From positions 1 to 64,000 of IMG/VR virus record IMGVR_UViG_3300038499_000016: 64,000 nt of DNA; one strand, written 5' to 3'. Within the stretch, counting starts at the first letter, position 1. Each line of letters starts with the position of its first letter. The notes below the pieces were generated by a model. That model was not told where the DNA came from. It did no database searches and worked only from the letters and a program-made list of their open reading frames with translations. Source of the DNA: a virus (taxonomy: Duplodnaviria; Caudoviricetes). The position numbers and the translations under genes are program-made. Of this stretch, positions 9,913 to 18,569 are shown in pieces.

Positions 9913-10572
9913 AAACTCATCGGCGATCCAGTTCATAGCAATTGCAAAACAGGCAAATGCCGCGGCCCTGATAATGACTGTGGTTCTCCATCGTCTCTCA
10001 CTCCCCCATAGTGCCGTAAAATCAATGCCTGTTGTAGGGGGCCGGGAATTGAAATCATCCACGGCCATGTACAGGTACTCGAGCAGCTCCTCATCTTCCC
10101 AAATGAATCCGAATACCTGAGTCTGACCTTGTACAAATTTAGAAGACTCAGGTTGACGAAAGTGATAATTCCTGTCGGGATTATTGTCCCTTAGCATTAT
10201 TCGTAAACTATATAGCAGCTTATCAAGGTTCACATCTCCCGTGAAGCTGACGATCGTAGCATCGCCAACTACATTGAACTCCTGGACGGACTGATAGACG
10301 GGGTCCGCGGCCATTTCCTGGATGGTCCAGCGTATGCGCCAGTCACCGATATTACCATCGGCTGCTATTACGACTTCGGCGTAATACTTGCCCAGGGAGA
10401 TATGGACTGGGGTATTGACTGGGGATCCCATAAGGATTTCCACGCCTGTAGTAGCATCATAGACAGCGTATTCCAGGCGGAATGGGTCTATGAGGAGACC
10501 GCCGGAATCACGTACGGTGATTTGGAGGTCATTGGGACCTGTTGTTGAGCCGCGTTTGAATGCTACCGCCAT
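9724..10572 (-). CDS. 220 aa N-extein of a virion (probable head-tail adaptor) protein + 62 aa N-terminal intein fragment
   Basis: ...NWIADEF|SLDGNEMFTVKD...VTVRELF resembles intein block A; the ORF stops before block B. Confidence 0.75.
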   Translation of the reverse strand: MAVAFKRGSTTGPNDLQITVRDSGGLLIDPFRLEYAVYDATTGVEILMGSPVNTPVHISLGKYYAEVVIAADGNIGDWRIRWTIQEMAADPVYQSVQEFNVVGDATIVSFTGDVNLDKLLYSLRIMLRDNNPDRNYHFRQPESSKFVQGQTQVFGFIWEDEELLEYLYMAVDDFNSRPPTTGIDFTALWGSERRWRTTVIIRAAAFACFAIAMNWIADEFSLDGNEMFTVKDEHGEEFSVTVRELFNMMYGDKLEEITRQAKKDAIESIQELKNENLKEAVL

Positions 10573-10622
10573 ATGTTATTCCTTTTCTTGGCCAGCTTTT
10601 TCTAGTTCATGAAGGTCTCAGC

Positions 10623-11579
10623 CTACTTTATGAGTGCGTGTTGTTCCCAAAACTTCTCTGACTCACCAATCTCTTCTTCCGTATGCTGGTGACCGGATCC
10701 ACCTGAAGCAGGCCCTTTGATATTCCTTCTCATGGTAACAGGTGCTATCGGAGCGCCTTTATCAGAGATCTCAGCATTGATAGATATGATGTCAAAATCA
10801 GACCCGGTATTCTTCTCACCTTCCTTATCGAGCTGCTCTTTGGTATACAAAATCATGTCTACATGATGGGAAGGGATACCTTTAACATCCTTTGACTCAA
10901 AGAACCGGTGCTCGTATTCCTCTTCCCCTTCCCGACGTTTAGTCATCTCAGTCTTCAGTAACTCCTTATTCTGGGGAGTAATCTTGGCTATGTTGCACAA
11001 AATATCGGGTTCATTCACGGACACGATACGCACAAAATCCGCATAGCCTTTCCGGTCTTTGCCAGAATTCACGCCCTGTTCAGCTTTTTTCCTGAGATCC
11101 TCCAGCTGAGCCATGGTGACTTTGGTACCCGCAAAGTCCGGCTTCGTCTGTCTTTTCACGAAGTCATTGATGCCAACCGTTTTTTTCTCGGCAGAAGTTT
11201 TACGTAATCGGACATCTTCTTGCAGTTCACTCTTTTTCTTCGTGTAAAAATCCTTCAATTTTCTAAGGAGACCTTCCGTTTCTAAAAGGTCCGCACCATC
11301 CAACTTCTCGCGTATGTCTCTTGGGAACGTCTGAGTTATGTAGTCATCACCATAATAATCCTTGCCTTCTTCAAACTTTTCTTTTGCCAACTCAACGACA
11401 TCCTCTATAAGGCCTACAACTATATCATTGAGCTTATCAACATCGGAAATAGCTTTCTTAAATCCATCAATAGCTTTATTCACATCCCTGTACAGTTTAT
11501 TCCCGGCCTTACTGCCATCTTCGGCAAGCTTCAGATACCAATCCTGAACGATAGTCTTCTCACCTACACTGTGTATCAT
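10623..11579 (-). CDS. DUF3228-like protein with N-terminal helical extension
   Basis: C-terminal DMILYTKEQL..DIISI..PIAPVTMRRN..GGSG..FWEQHA matches my recollection of DUF3228. Confidence 0.65.
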   Translation of the reverse strand: MIHSVGEKTIVQDWYLKLAEDGSKAGNKLYRDVNKAIDGFKKAISDVDKLNDIVVGLIEDVVELAKEKFEEGKDYYGDDYITQTFPRDIREKLDGADLLETEGLLRKLKDFYTKKKSELQEDVRLRKTSAEKKTVGINDFVKRQTKPDFAGTKVTMAQLEDLRKKAEQGVNSGKDRKGYADFVRIVSVNEPDILCNIAKITPQNKELLKTEMTKRREGEEEYEHRFFESKDVKGIPSHHVDMILYTKEQLDKEGEKNTGSDFDIISINAEISDKGAPIAPVTMRRNIKGPASGGSGHQHTEEEIGESEKFWEQHALIK

Positions 11580-11868
11580 TTAAAATTCCTTGTTGAATAT
11601 CTCTTAACACATCCGCTACAGCAACCTTAGGTCCTATCCAACTGGTCTCGTCTATTTTCTTATCGTACTGAGTTATTCCGTTCTGCTTAAACAGGCCTTC
11701 TATGATCTCGGCCTTTTTCGGATCTATAACCCACAGTTCTTTATTCTCAGCATTCTTCCCATGGTCAAAATGCTCGGTCTGAATATTCTTAATGGCCTTA
11801 TCAAGCGTATCACAGGCCTTTCTGTATTCTTCATCCGTATTAAAAAAGAATCGTGTTATTGTTGTCAT
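11560..11868 (-). CDS. hypothetical protein
   Basis: 102 aa; ATGA overlap with the upstream gene. Confidence 0.7.
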   Translation of the reverse strand: MTTITRFFFNTDEEYRKACDTLDKAIKNIQTEHFDHGKNAENKELWVIDPKKAEIIEGLFKQNGITQYDKKIDETSWIGPKVAVADVLRDIQQGILNDTQCR

Positions 11869-12239
11869 ACCGAGTACCAGGACTTACCGCCATCTTTTGA
11901 GAAGTATTTTGAGTTCCGTTTGTTCTGCCAGTGAGGATACCCCGACATCTCAGACACATCATCCCACTCATCAGCACTACTTGTGATGGGGGTAAGGTTC
12001 CCATACTGGGCACACCTATTGAACAGATCCAGAGTCAGTTGGGCAGACATTCCTGAGTGTCCTTGCTTCCTAAAAGTCTCTATCAATTCCATCACTGCTG
12101 TACCCAAGAGTCCACCATAGTCCGCGTCCTTATCAAAGACTCCTGCTCTGGTCAGTTCATCCTTAGAATGCTCGTAAAGATTCCTCGCAACAAGGATAAC
12201 TGCAGCGACACGGAGTTGTTGGGAAGCTGTTCTAATCAT
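11865..12239 (-). CDS. conserved phage protein (GHSGxSA family)
   Basis: ELIETF.KQGHSGMSA...LTPIT...EW...QNKR pattern common in phage proteins; translationally coupled. Confidence 0.7.
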   Translation of the reverse strand: MIRTASQQLRVAAVILVARNLYEHSKDELTRAGVFDKDADYGGLLGTAVMELIETFRKQGHSGMSAQLTLDLFNRCAQYGNLTPITSSADEWDDVSEMSGYPHWQNKRNSKYFSKDGGKSWYSV

Positions 12240-13795
12240 TTTTTGAACTCCTGGATAATCAACTTTCGAGCTTCCTCTGGAGTCAGCTCCTTACTTTCCG
12301 TGGCATACTCATCCTGTTTATCCAACAAGAACTGCTTAACCCTTTTGACCTCAGGACCTGGGCTTAAAGACAGCAACTGCATGATCTCATGCCCATCCAA
12401 TACTGGTTCCCTAGTAACCTTCAGAGGTTTCTTTCTGACTTCTTCTATCCTCTTTACGAGGTCTGGTATCAGTTTTCGGTTTGGTAATGCACCAAGTTCA
12501 TCGGCCTGTGCCAGGCTTAAGACGGCGTCTACCATTTCATCGCCTAGTTCTCGAATAAACTTTCTGAGACCAGGTTCTCCGGCCTTGGTAAGATGATGAG
12601 GACGCATATGGTTCTTCACCATACGGACTATCTTATCCCGGGTGTCATTATCAAACTTCAGTCGGGTCAGGATGGCCTTAGCAATCTCAGCGCCGGCATT
12701 ATCGTGTTCATAGAAATGAATCTCATCCTCAAGGATAGTTTGTGTGCTAGGCTTACCAATATCGTGTAACAAGGCTGCCATCTGATTCTCAATGCCTGGT
12801 TTGGCATTATGCAGCACTTCCAGGGTATGTTTATAGACATCCCCTTCCGCATGGAACTTCTCAGGCTGTTGGACCTTTTTAAGGGCCTCTACCTCGGGCA
12901 TGATGTAATGCAGAAGGCCTGTAGTATCCATAAGACGGATGGCCCTCTTAAGTTTTCCGATTTTCGATATTTTATCAAGTTCTCCACGAATGCGTTCCGC
13001 GGACACGATCTCTATACGATGAGCATTTCTTCGTACAGCCTTAATCACAGACAGAGGAACCTTCCACCCGTACTTGGCCTCGAATCTTATTAATCGCAGC
13101 ATCCGTAAAGGATCGTTAGTGAACATCGTGTCTAAGGGTACATTTGGATGACCACGAAGGATCCCGTTCTTAATGTCTTCTTTACTTGTGCCGGTCAGAT
13201 CTTCTACTTCCCCGGTCGTAAGATCTTTGAGGAGCATATTGACTGTAAAGTCTCGACGTTCAACGTCTTCATCTATCGTTCCTGGTTCAGTTTTTCTCTG
13301 ACGCGATTCCGGATCAGGATAAGATTCCGTCATTGCGTCCGCGAACTCAATAACGGCCCCATCGGTCTTATAGACCTGACCTTTATACTTGATATCCTGT
13401 TTGAATGTTATCTGCCATATTGGGTAATCCGCACCCATCTGATGCGGATGTGTGACGGGGCTTTCCTGAGGATTCTCCAGCTTAATAAGTGTCTGGAACT
13501 TATCCCACAAAGACTTTTTGTTGAACACATCATAAATGTACTGGGTAAGATCACGGGACCCGTTCTTTTCACCCACGACGATATCGAGATCCTTGGCCTC
13601 TATGGAGGGATCATTCATAAGTTCGCTGAGATACTGATCTCTGACGTAGCCTCCAACTGCCTTGACCTTCCCTTCCCATTTGGTACCGGGCAGCAGTGCT
13701 TTCAGGAACCGTTCCACTTCTTGTTCGGATTTGGACGCGATACGGGTGTCACCGTCATTCAGGAAAGCCTGGACAATTCTTTGGGCGGAGGTCAT
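12236..13795 (-). CDS. cca: class II tRNA nucleotidyltransferase (CCA-adding enzyme) with HD domain
   Basis: VGGYVRD, DLD, EDVERRDFTVN, DPLRMLR, ERIRGEL; HD domain HAEGDVYKHT...LLHDIGK. Confidence 0.92.
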   Translation of the reverse strand: MTSAQRIVQAFLNDGDTRIASKSEQEVERFLKALLPGTKWEGKVKAVGGYVRDQYLSELMNDPSIEAKDLDIVVGEKNGSRDLTQYIYDVFNKKSLWDKFQTLIKLENPQESPVTHPHQMGADYPIWQITFKQDIKYKGQVYKTDGAVIEFADAMTESYPDPESRQRKTEPGTIDEDVERRDFTVNMLLKDLTTGEVEDLTGTSKEDIKNGILRGHPNVPLDTMFTNDPLRMLRLIRFEAKYGWKVPLSVIKAVRRNAHRIEIVSAERIRGELDKISKIGKLKRAIRLMDTTGLLHYIMPEVEALKKVQQPEKFHAEGDVYKHTLEVLHNAKPGIENQMAALLHDIGKPSTQTILEDEIHFYEHDNAGAEIAKAILTRLKFDNDTRDKIVRMVKNHMRPHHLTKAGEPGLRKFIRELGDEMVDAVLSLAQADELGALPNRKLIPDLVKRIEEVRKKPLKVTREPVLDGHEIMQLLSLSPGPEVKRVKQFLLDKQDEYATESKELTPEEARKLIIQEFKK

Positions 13796-14190
13796 GACTT
13801 TTCCTCTTCCTTTATCTGATCAAACAACTTCTTTACCTCAGAATCTTTATCCAGGGCTGTAAGTTCCGTCTTCAGCTTATTCAGAAATGCCCGATAATCC
13901 TCACCAAGAAGGGTATCCTTGATGGCATGAGATACTTCTTTGAGATCATTATCGGACCATTCTGTGTGAAGATCTCCTACGGTTCTGTAGAACTCATCCC
14001 TCATGACATCTACTAATTTTTCCTGAGTAATCTTTGAAGCCTTTGCCAGGAACTCTTTGCCGGCTGCAAGCACTATTGCCGCGGATTTATTGGACAGCAG
14101 ATCCTGCAGCTTCTTTTCAGTTTCTGATAGGGGAGCAGCTGCGAGAACTGTGTCACTCAAATCACGAGGAAGGTCTGCTATAGGAATCAT
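13792..14190 (-). CDS. hypothetical helical protein
   Basis: ORF in a coupled operon; ATG 14190 preferred as start. Confidence 0.65.
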   Translation of the reverse strand: MIPIADLPRDLSDTVLAAAPLSETEKKLQDLLSNKSAAIVLAAGKEFLAKASKITQEKLVDVMRDEFYRTVGDLHTEWSDNDLKEVSHAIKDTLLGEDYRAFLNKLKTELTALDKDSEVKKLFDQIKEEEKS

Positions 14191-14806
14191 TCGGGGCCGT
14201 CCTTTCAATAGGATATCCGTAATTCAACCATCCGGACACAGGCACACCTTTCACGGGTGACTTGCCCATACCGAACTTTAAAGCCACCACATCGTACCCT
14301 AGTAACTTCAGGATAACAAGCAACTGACTGGAAGTGTGTCCCACATAACAGTAAATCAGTATCTTCTTGTCTTTTGGTAATTGTGCGATATTCTCAGACT
14401 TCAGAATGTCCAGCCAGAAGATATTTTTGGCCCCAGGAATATGTCCTGCGTCATAGTCCTCTTTCCTACGGATGTCCAGGATGAAGAATTCCGTAGATAC
14501 GGACTTGATCTTATCGTAGAGCTCTGTGGGGGTGATGTAATTCCAATCCTTGTCGACGATGTCCAGATATTTCTGGAATACCGACAGCAGATTCTGGTCG
14601 AGTCCTTTTAGGATATCATCCCCTATCATGCGTCGGACAATCTTACGGGACAGCCTATTACTTATGACTTTCTTGATATCAGGATCTGTGTGTCTGACTA
14701 TCTCGGCGGACAGCCTGTTGTTGAGGATGTCTACCTGTTCCGCCGCGACAGGATCCGTCTTCTCAAGAGCTTCCGCGATTGCGTTGAGTTTATCCGTATG
14801 TTGCAT
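14162..14806 (-). CDS. rhodanese-domain protein with N-terminal extension
   Basis: ILDIR..EDYDAGHIPGA and active loop CYVGHTS. Confidence 0.85.
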   Translation of the reverse strand: MQHTDKLNAIAEALEKTDPVAAEQVDILNNRLSAEIVRHTDPDIKKVISNRLSRKIVRRMIGDDILKGLDQNLLSVFQKYLDIVDKDWNYITPTELYDKIKSVSTEFFILDIRRKEDYDAGHIPGAKNIFWLDILKSENIAQLPKDKKILIYCYVGHTSSQLLVILKLLGYDVVALKFGMGKSPVKGVPVSGWLNYGYPIERTAPNDSYSRPSS

Positions 14807-15332
14807 CGGACCCGATCCCCCATGAAGTGACTCTGAATGGTGATATTATTTCATGTGCAAGAGTAGCGGATTCTTTTTGATACCTCCAGCGTATTTCATA
14901 GGCCCCCGGATCATCAGGAGCACATATATTGGCATAGAACTGTCCGACAGCAGGATTCGCGGCCGTACGTAACGTAAACCCTACTGGAGAAGCCGTTCCA
15001 TCCGGTCGTTGAAGATACCATATGCTATAGTTCAACCATACGGGATTATAGGTCCGTGTCAGATAAGTACCATCCGAATAGGTACCATCAGTAAGTGTCC
15101 CACCCATGTAGGTACTATCCCAGAAGGTTACTGATAGGCTATCTGTAAGGCTTCCCTGAATGAACGTGGCATCTTGGGGGATGTAGGTACTATCGGCTAA
15201 CAGGATGCCTGAGAACGAGGCCTGATGGGGATAATCAATAACGTGGAAGGACCCTGTTCTTAGATCGCCTCCGACCAGATGGGCTTGTTGTGGGGCATCA
15301 ACGACATTCAGAGTACCTGTAATCAGGGCCAT
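14790..15332 (-). CDS. putative virion structural protein, 7 D-[GAS]-T motifs
   Basis: 180 aa, Thr/Ser/Gly-rich; C-terminal half (GQFYA..PGAYEIRW) resembles the N-terminal domain of 9724-10572 (GKYYA..GDWRIRW). Confidence 0.7.
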   Translation of the reverse strand: MALITGTLNVVDAPQQAHLVGGDLRTGSFHVIDYPHQASFSGILLADSTYIPQDATFIQGSLTDSLSVTFWDSTYMGGTLTDGTYSDGTYLTRTYNPVWLNYSIWYLQRPDGTASPVGFTLRTAANPAVGQFYANICAPDDPGAYEIRWRYQKESATLAHEIISPFRVTSWGIGSDATYG

Positions 15333-15334
15333 TG

Positions 15335-15733
15335 TTAGGGCACCACATAGTAGCCTGATGAAATGGACACGGTCGTATCGTTAGCCGTCACACTCAAGGA
15401 GCTCAGCTCCATATCTCCGCCTACACCAGGAAGGGTGACGCTTCCTCCCCAAACAAAAGTAGCATCCCTATTCAAGAACCCGAAGGATGCAATGGTACCA
15501 TCGACGAACGCTGTAGAGTCGTAGATGACTTTACCGTAGGTAACGCCGATATAGGCGGTACCATCTGCTGCGTCCGTGAATGCCGGATTAGAAAGCCTCT
15601 GCAGACTCAGGGTAGTTCCATCGGATGTATAGGTCGCAAGTCGGCCGTATGGTGTAGCACTACCGAGATCGATACGATCGACCATTAGGTTGCAATCGGC
15701 ATTTCGTGTTGCGGTGGATTTTATCAGGGCCAT
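15335..15733 (-). CDS. putative virion/tail structural protein, 5 D-[GAS]-T motifs
   Basis: MAL..STATRNA....L.NPAF..A.DG...GSV...GGDMELSS pattern typical of small phage tail proteins. Confidence 0.75.
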   Translation of the reverse strand: MALIKSTATRNADCNLMVDRIDLGSATPYGRLATYTSDGTTLSLQRLSNPAFTDAADGTAYIGVTYGKVIYDSTAFVDGTIASFGFLNRDATFVWGGSVTLPGVGGDMELSSLSVTANDTTVSISSGYYVVP

Positions 15734-15736
15734 GTA

Positions 15737-16171
15737 TTACTCCGGCATGGGTTCTGTATCCAGCACCAGTTCAAGTTCAATGACCATGGACTTGTCTTTG
15801 GGGTCTATTCTGGGCATGTAATCGAGTTGGTCGGTCCATATCACCGAGTCTTCTCCGATTTCGCTATGGTCACTGGCTGGGTATTTTTCCTGGAAATGTT
15901 TATGCAGTTCATCGACCATGACTGCATTAAGTTTCTCTTCGTGATCTTCCACCCAATCTCCAATGAGCAGATTGAGGGCTTTATAGCTTTCGGGTTCCAC
16001 GCCTTCAAAATAGACTTTCACGCCGGCCCATATCTCGACTTGATCGGGGATTGGGCTATCGGGGGATATTTCTTCGTGGGACAGGTCATCGAATTCCACG
16101 AACTCGAAGTTGTCCTTTATCGTAAAGGTCTGTTTTGCGTGGAACTGACGAACAAAATCAATGGTTTTCAT
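15737..16171 (-). CDS. acidic hypothetical protein
   Basis: start reassigned to ATG 16171 because the upstream part is occupied by a separate 51 aa ORF. Confidence 0.7.
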   Translation of the reverse strand: MKTIDFVRQFHAKQTFTIKDNFEFVEFDDLSHEEISPDSPIPDQVEIWAGVKVYFEGVEPESYKALNLLIGDWVEDHEEKLNAVMVDELHKHFQEKYPASDHSEIGEDSVIWTDQLDYMPRIDPKDKSMVIELELVLDTEPMPE

Positions 16172-16173
16172 TT

Positions 16174-16329
16174 TCAGGTGTCCCATGAACTTGATGAGTA
16201 GTCTGCGGTCACTCCGATAGGCATGAGTGTTGTGGCATCCAATATCCATCCATAGCGGACGAAATACTGACCACCTGTCGGGGATATGACGTCTTTCATA
16301 CCGAGGTATGTGTTACTGGTCGCGTCCAT
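16174..16329 (-). CDS. 51 aa small protein not in the ORF track (MDATSNTYLG...SSWDT)
   Basis: GGAG RBS; fills the gap between neighbours with 2 nt spacing to the next ATG; two DAT motifs. Confidence 0.7.
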   Translation of the reverse strand: MDATSNTYLGMKDVISPTGGQYFVRYGWILDATTLMPIGVTADYSSSSWDT

Positions 16330-16342
16330 TTAAAAACTCCAT

Positions 16343-16636
16343 TCACTTGATAGGTCCATTCATCAAATTATGGCAAAGACTTTTCAGGGACTTGATGGTA
16401 TCCGCATATGTCAGCGAATCTACTTTTGCTTCCCTTGAGAAGTACTTCACCTTGAGTTCTTGCATCAGTGTGTTCTTTTCAAATATAAAATACACCCTAC
16501 GGGTCTTGGAATCCCGTATGGACTTTACCATCTTACAGCCTGTGGAAAGAAAAAATGCCGCTAAATATAAGTCACAGGTCTGATATCCGGATTCCCCGTC
16601 ATAAAGATCACTGGTAACGATGCCTTCTGCTTCCAT
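16343..16636 (-). CDS. DUF5659-like phage protein
   Basis: YQTCDLYLAAFF..G...RVYFIF pattern. Confidence 0.6.
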   Translation of the reverse strand: MEAEGIVTSDLYDGESGYQTCDLYLAAFFLSTGCKMVKSIRDSKTRRVYFIFEKNTLMQELKVKYFSREAKVDSLTYADTIKSLKSLCHNLMNGPIK

Positions 16637-16686
16637 GCTATCCCTTTCTATCGGTATTTGTATCTAAAGACTAAGTGACTACTATT

Positions 16687-16699
16687 ATTAGAAGATTAT
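16687..16699 (-). promoter_or_regulatory. phage promoter-like motif ATAATCTTCTAAT
   Basis: motif copy just after a terminator and upstream of the 16636 start. Confidence 0.7.
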
Positions 16700-16703
16700 C
16701 GTC

Positions 16704-16741
16704 AAAAAATAAAAGGCCGCCCCCTGGTGAGGAGACGGCCT
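16704..16741 (-). terminator. rho-independent terminator
   Basis: minus strand aggccgtctcct-cacc-agggggcggcct followed by tttattttt. Confidence 0.85.
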
Positions 16742-16773
16742 ACAAGGGCTCTTATTCAAGCCTTGCAAAAGAC

Positions 16774-17052
16774 TTAAGAGTCTACAGTATTGGAGACGGT
16801 GAAGGATCCGAGGTTCTCATAGTTCTTGATGACCCCGTACATCCTGCTCATCATCACATCACTGGTGCTGAGGAAGGTACAATCCGTACCATGAGCAAGA
16901 TACCTGTCCTGCCCACGAGTAGTTCCATCAGCGTGGTACAGGTTGTAGATACTTCTGCCGCCACCAAGACCTGTCCTCTGACCAACATCACGAAGATACA
17001 CCGTTCCACGGTTTGTACCGTCGTATTTCACAATCGTGGTCCCGTATGCCAT
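16774..17052 (-). CDS. small, probably abundant virion protein
   Basis: AAGGAGG RBS, own promoter motif and own terminator; two DGT motifs. Confidence 0.75.
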   Translation of the reverse strand: MAYGTTIVKYDGTNRGTVYLRDVGQRTGLGGGRSIYNLYHADGTTRGQDRYLAHGTDCTFLSTSDVMMSRMYGVIKNYENLGSFTVSNTVDS

Positions 17053-17110
17053 AAATCCTCCTTATTGATGGGTGTTCTTAAATGGCACTTTTGATACCAC
17101 TTTTACCCTT

Positions 17111-17123
17111 ATTAGGAGATTAT
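17111..17123 (-). promoter_or_regulatory. phage promoter-like motif ATAATCTCCTAAT
   Basis: motif copy upstream of the 17052 start. Confidence 0.7.
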
Positions 17124-17154
17124 TAAGGTTTCGATCACCAGGTATTCCAGGGTA

Positions 17155-17802
17155 CTAAACTGTTGAGTCCGTAATAGCTACTCTGGTAACAGTACTCCCG
17201 GAATAGGTATAGGACACCAACTTTGCGGGGGATCCGGCCGTAGTTTTGTCACTCAGATACGTCTTTGTTGTAGCCAAGTTTGTACCATCGTACGTATACT
17301 CAGTTACGGTATTGGGCAAATAATAATCAGAAACTGCAGTTATAAGACCACCATTCGAAGAAGCGGCCGCCTTCACCCATCGATAATTTCCATCACTAAA
17401 TCCCCACATATGTCTGTTGATGGTAGGGTCATCCTTCATATACCGCGTAGTAATCCCTACTGGCGGTATCTCTACTACCGTTGATTTAGCACTTTCCGCC
17501 CCTGCGAAGTCCAGGTAGGTGATTGCCCAATACAGCAGCACATTTGAAAAGTCCACTGTAACTGGAAGACTGAGAGTGGATCTGATCAATGTGATGGGTA
17601 CATCTACGGTTACTTTTCCGCGTTCCCCAGGTAACTGACTAGCTTGGGAAGAAACCGTGCTTATGAGTGTTGTGAGGGATGCTGCGGCAGGTACGAGACC
17701 TACATATAGCCGATAGCTTGCAGCGACACGACCTGGCTCGGGATTCCATCCGAGCTTCAAGTTATCATTTGCCTTATAAAGGGCTTCAACAAAGGTAATC
17801 AT
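17155..17802 (-). CDS. putative virion structural protein (FN3-like N-terminus)
   Basis: ATG 17802 in ATGA overlap; LGWNP..AASYRLY; Thr/Ser-rich C-terminus ending DSTV. Confidence 0.65.
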   Translation of the reverse strand: MITFVEALYKANDNLKLGWNPEPGRVAASYRLYVGLVPAAASLTTLISTVSSQASQLPGERGKVTVDVPITLIRSTLSLPVTVDFSNVLLYWAITYLDFAGAESAKSTVVEIPPVGITTRYMKDDPTINRHMWGFSDGNYRWVKAAASSNGGLITAVSDYYLPNTVTEYTYDGTNLATTKTYLSDKTTAGSPAKLVSYTYSGSTVTRVAITDSTV

Positions 17803-18206
17803 GTCGCACTGTCCTTTCCGGTGTATAAACCGACTTTCATGGGAGATTTTTCTTTTGCTACCCAAGGCACATAGCTATCGGTAGGAATACTGCATTCCTT
17901 GGCCAATTTCTGAGCATCCGCCCATGTATCCGTCCGATGACCCATAACATTGGGTGCAGCTTTCATCTGATCCCCATACCGCTCTTTTTGACGCTTAGCC
18001 AAAACATCGCTGTGTTGCAGACGAGACCGTTTCTCTTTCCAATGGGATGCTTCCGTCCCACCGTGTATCCTGAATTGTGCAGTGCCTATGATCTTTTCCA
18101 TCTTGATATCACAAGACGGACATCTTATTTCCGGGGTCTCAAGCATGCCATGCACAAACTCTTCCGTCTTCAGACACTTTGAGCACCGATAGTCATACGT
18201 AGCCAT
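17799..18206 (-). CDS. FmdB-like zinc ribbon protein
   Basis: MATYDYRCSKC...H...CPSC. Confidence 0.8.
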   Translation of the reverse strand: MATYDYRCSKCLKTEEFVHGMLETPEIRCPSCDIKMEKIIGTAQFRIHGGTEASHWKEKRSRLQHSDVLAKRQKERYGDQMKAAPNVMGHRTDTWADAQKLAKECSIPTDSYVPWVAKEKSPMKVGLYTGKDSAT

Positions 18207-18218
18207 TTTGGAGAACTC

Positions 18219-18569
18219 CTATTCAATCTGATCTGATTTTATTTTGAGGGACAGCACAATACCCATGTCCATATTTGAAAAAACGATCGTATTTTCGTGC
18301 ATCCTTCTACTAGTCATAAGATCCGCGGTGCCTAACTTTCCCAAAGACGACCCGTTCGGATCCAGTATTGTATCTTTTACCTCTGATAGCACTCTGTGCA
18401 TCAATTTTGGATGGGCCACTATATGAGTTACATAACTGTCCTGGGACTCGACATAGGCAAAGCCAAAATTAACAATGTCGGTAAGAGTTCCTATTCCGGG
18501 ATATACTGCGGAAGCAACATTTCCAACATTCAGTATGTCGAATACCGTTAAATGATCCTGCGCAACCAA
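18219..18569 (-). CDS. hypothetical protein
   Basis: 116 aa ORF in a coupled operon. Confidence 0.65.
   Translation of the reverse strand: MVAQDHLTVFDILNVGNVASAVYPGIGTLTDIVNFGFAYVESQDSYVTHIVAHPKLMHRVLSEVKDTILDPNGSSLGKLGTADLMTSRRMHENTIVFSNMDMGIVLSLKIKSDQIE

Noticed and set aside
13148-13819. Antisense ORFs in the track (e.g. 13148-13819, 12057-12596, 16675-17094, 57734-58195)
   Set aside because: They overlap well-supported genes on the opposite strand and lack RBSs or recognisable motifs.
14790-17802. Bacteroidetes host O-glycosylation sequon as the explanation for the motif
   Set aside because: DST and DTT fit D-(S/T)-x, but most copies are DGT or DAT, which do not; that pathway also acts on exported proteins.
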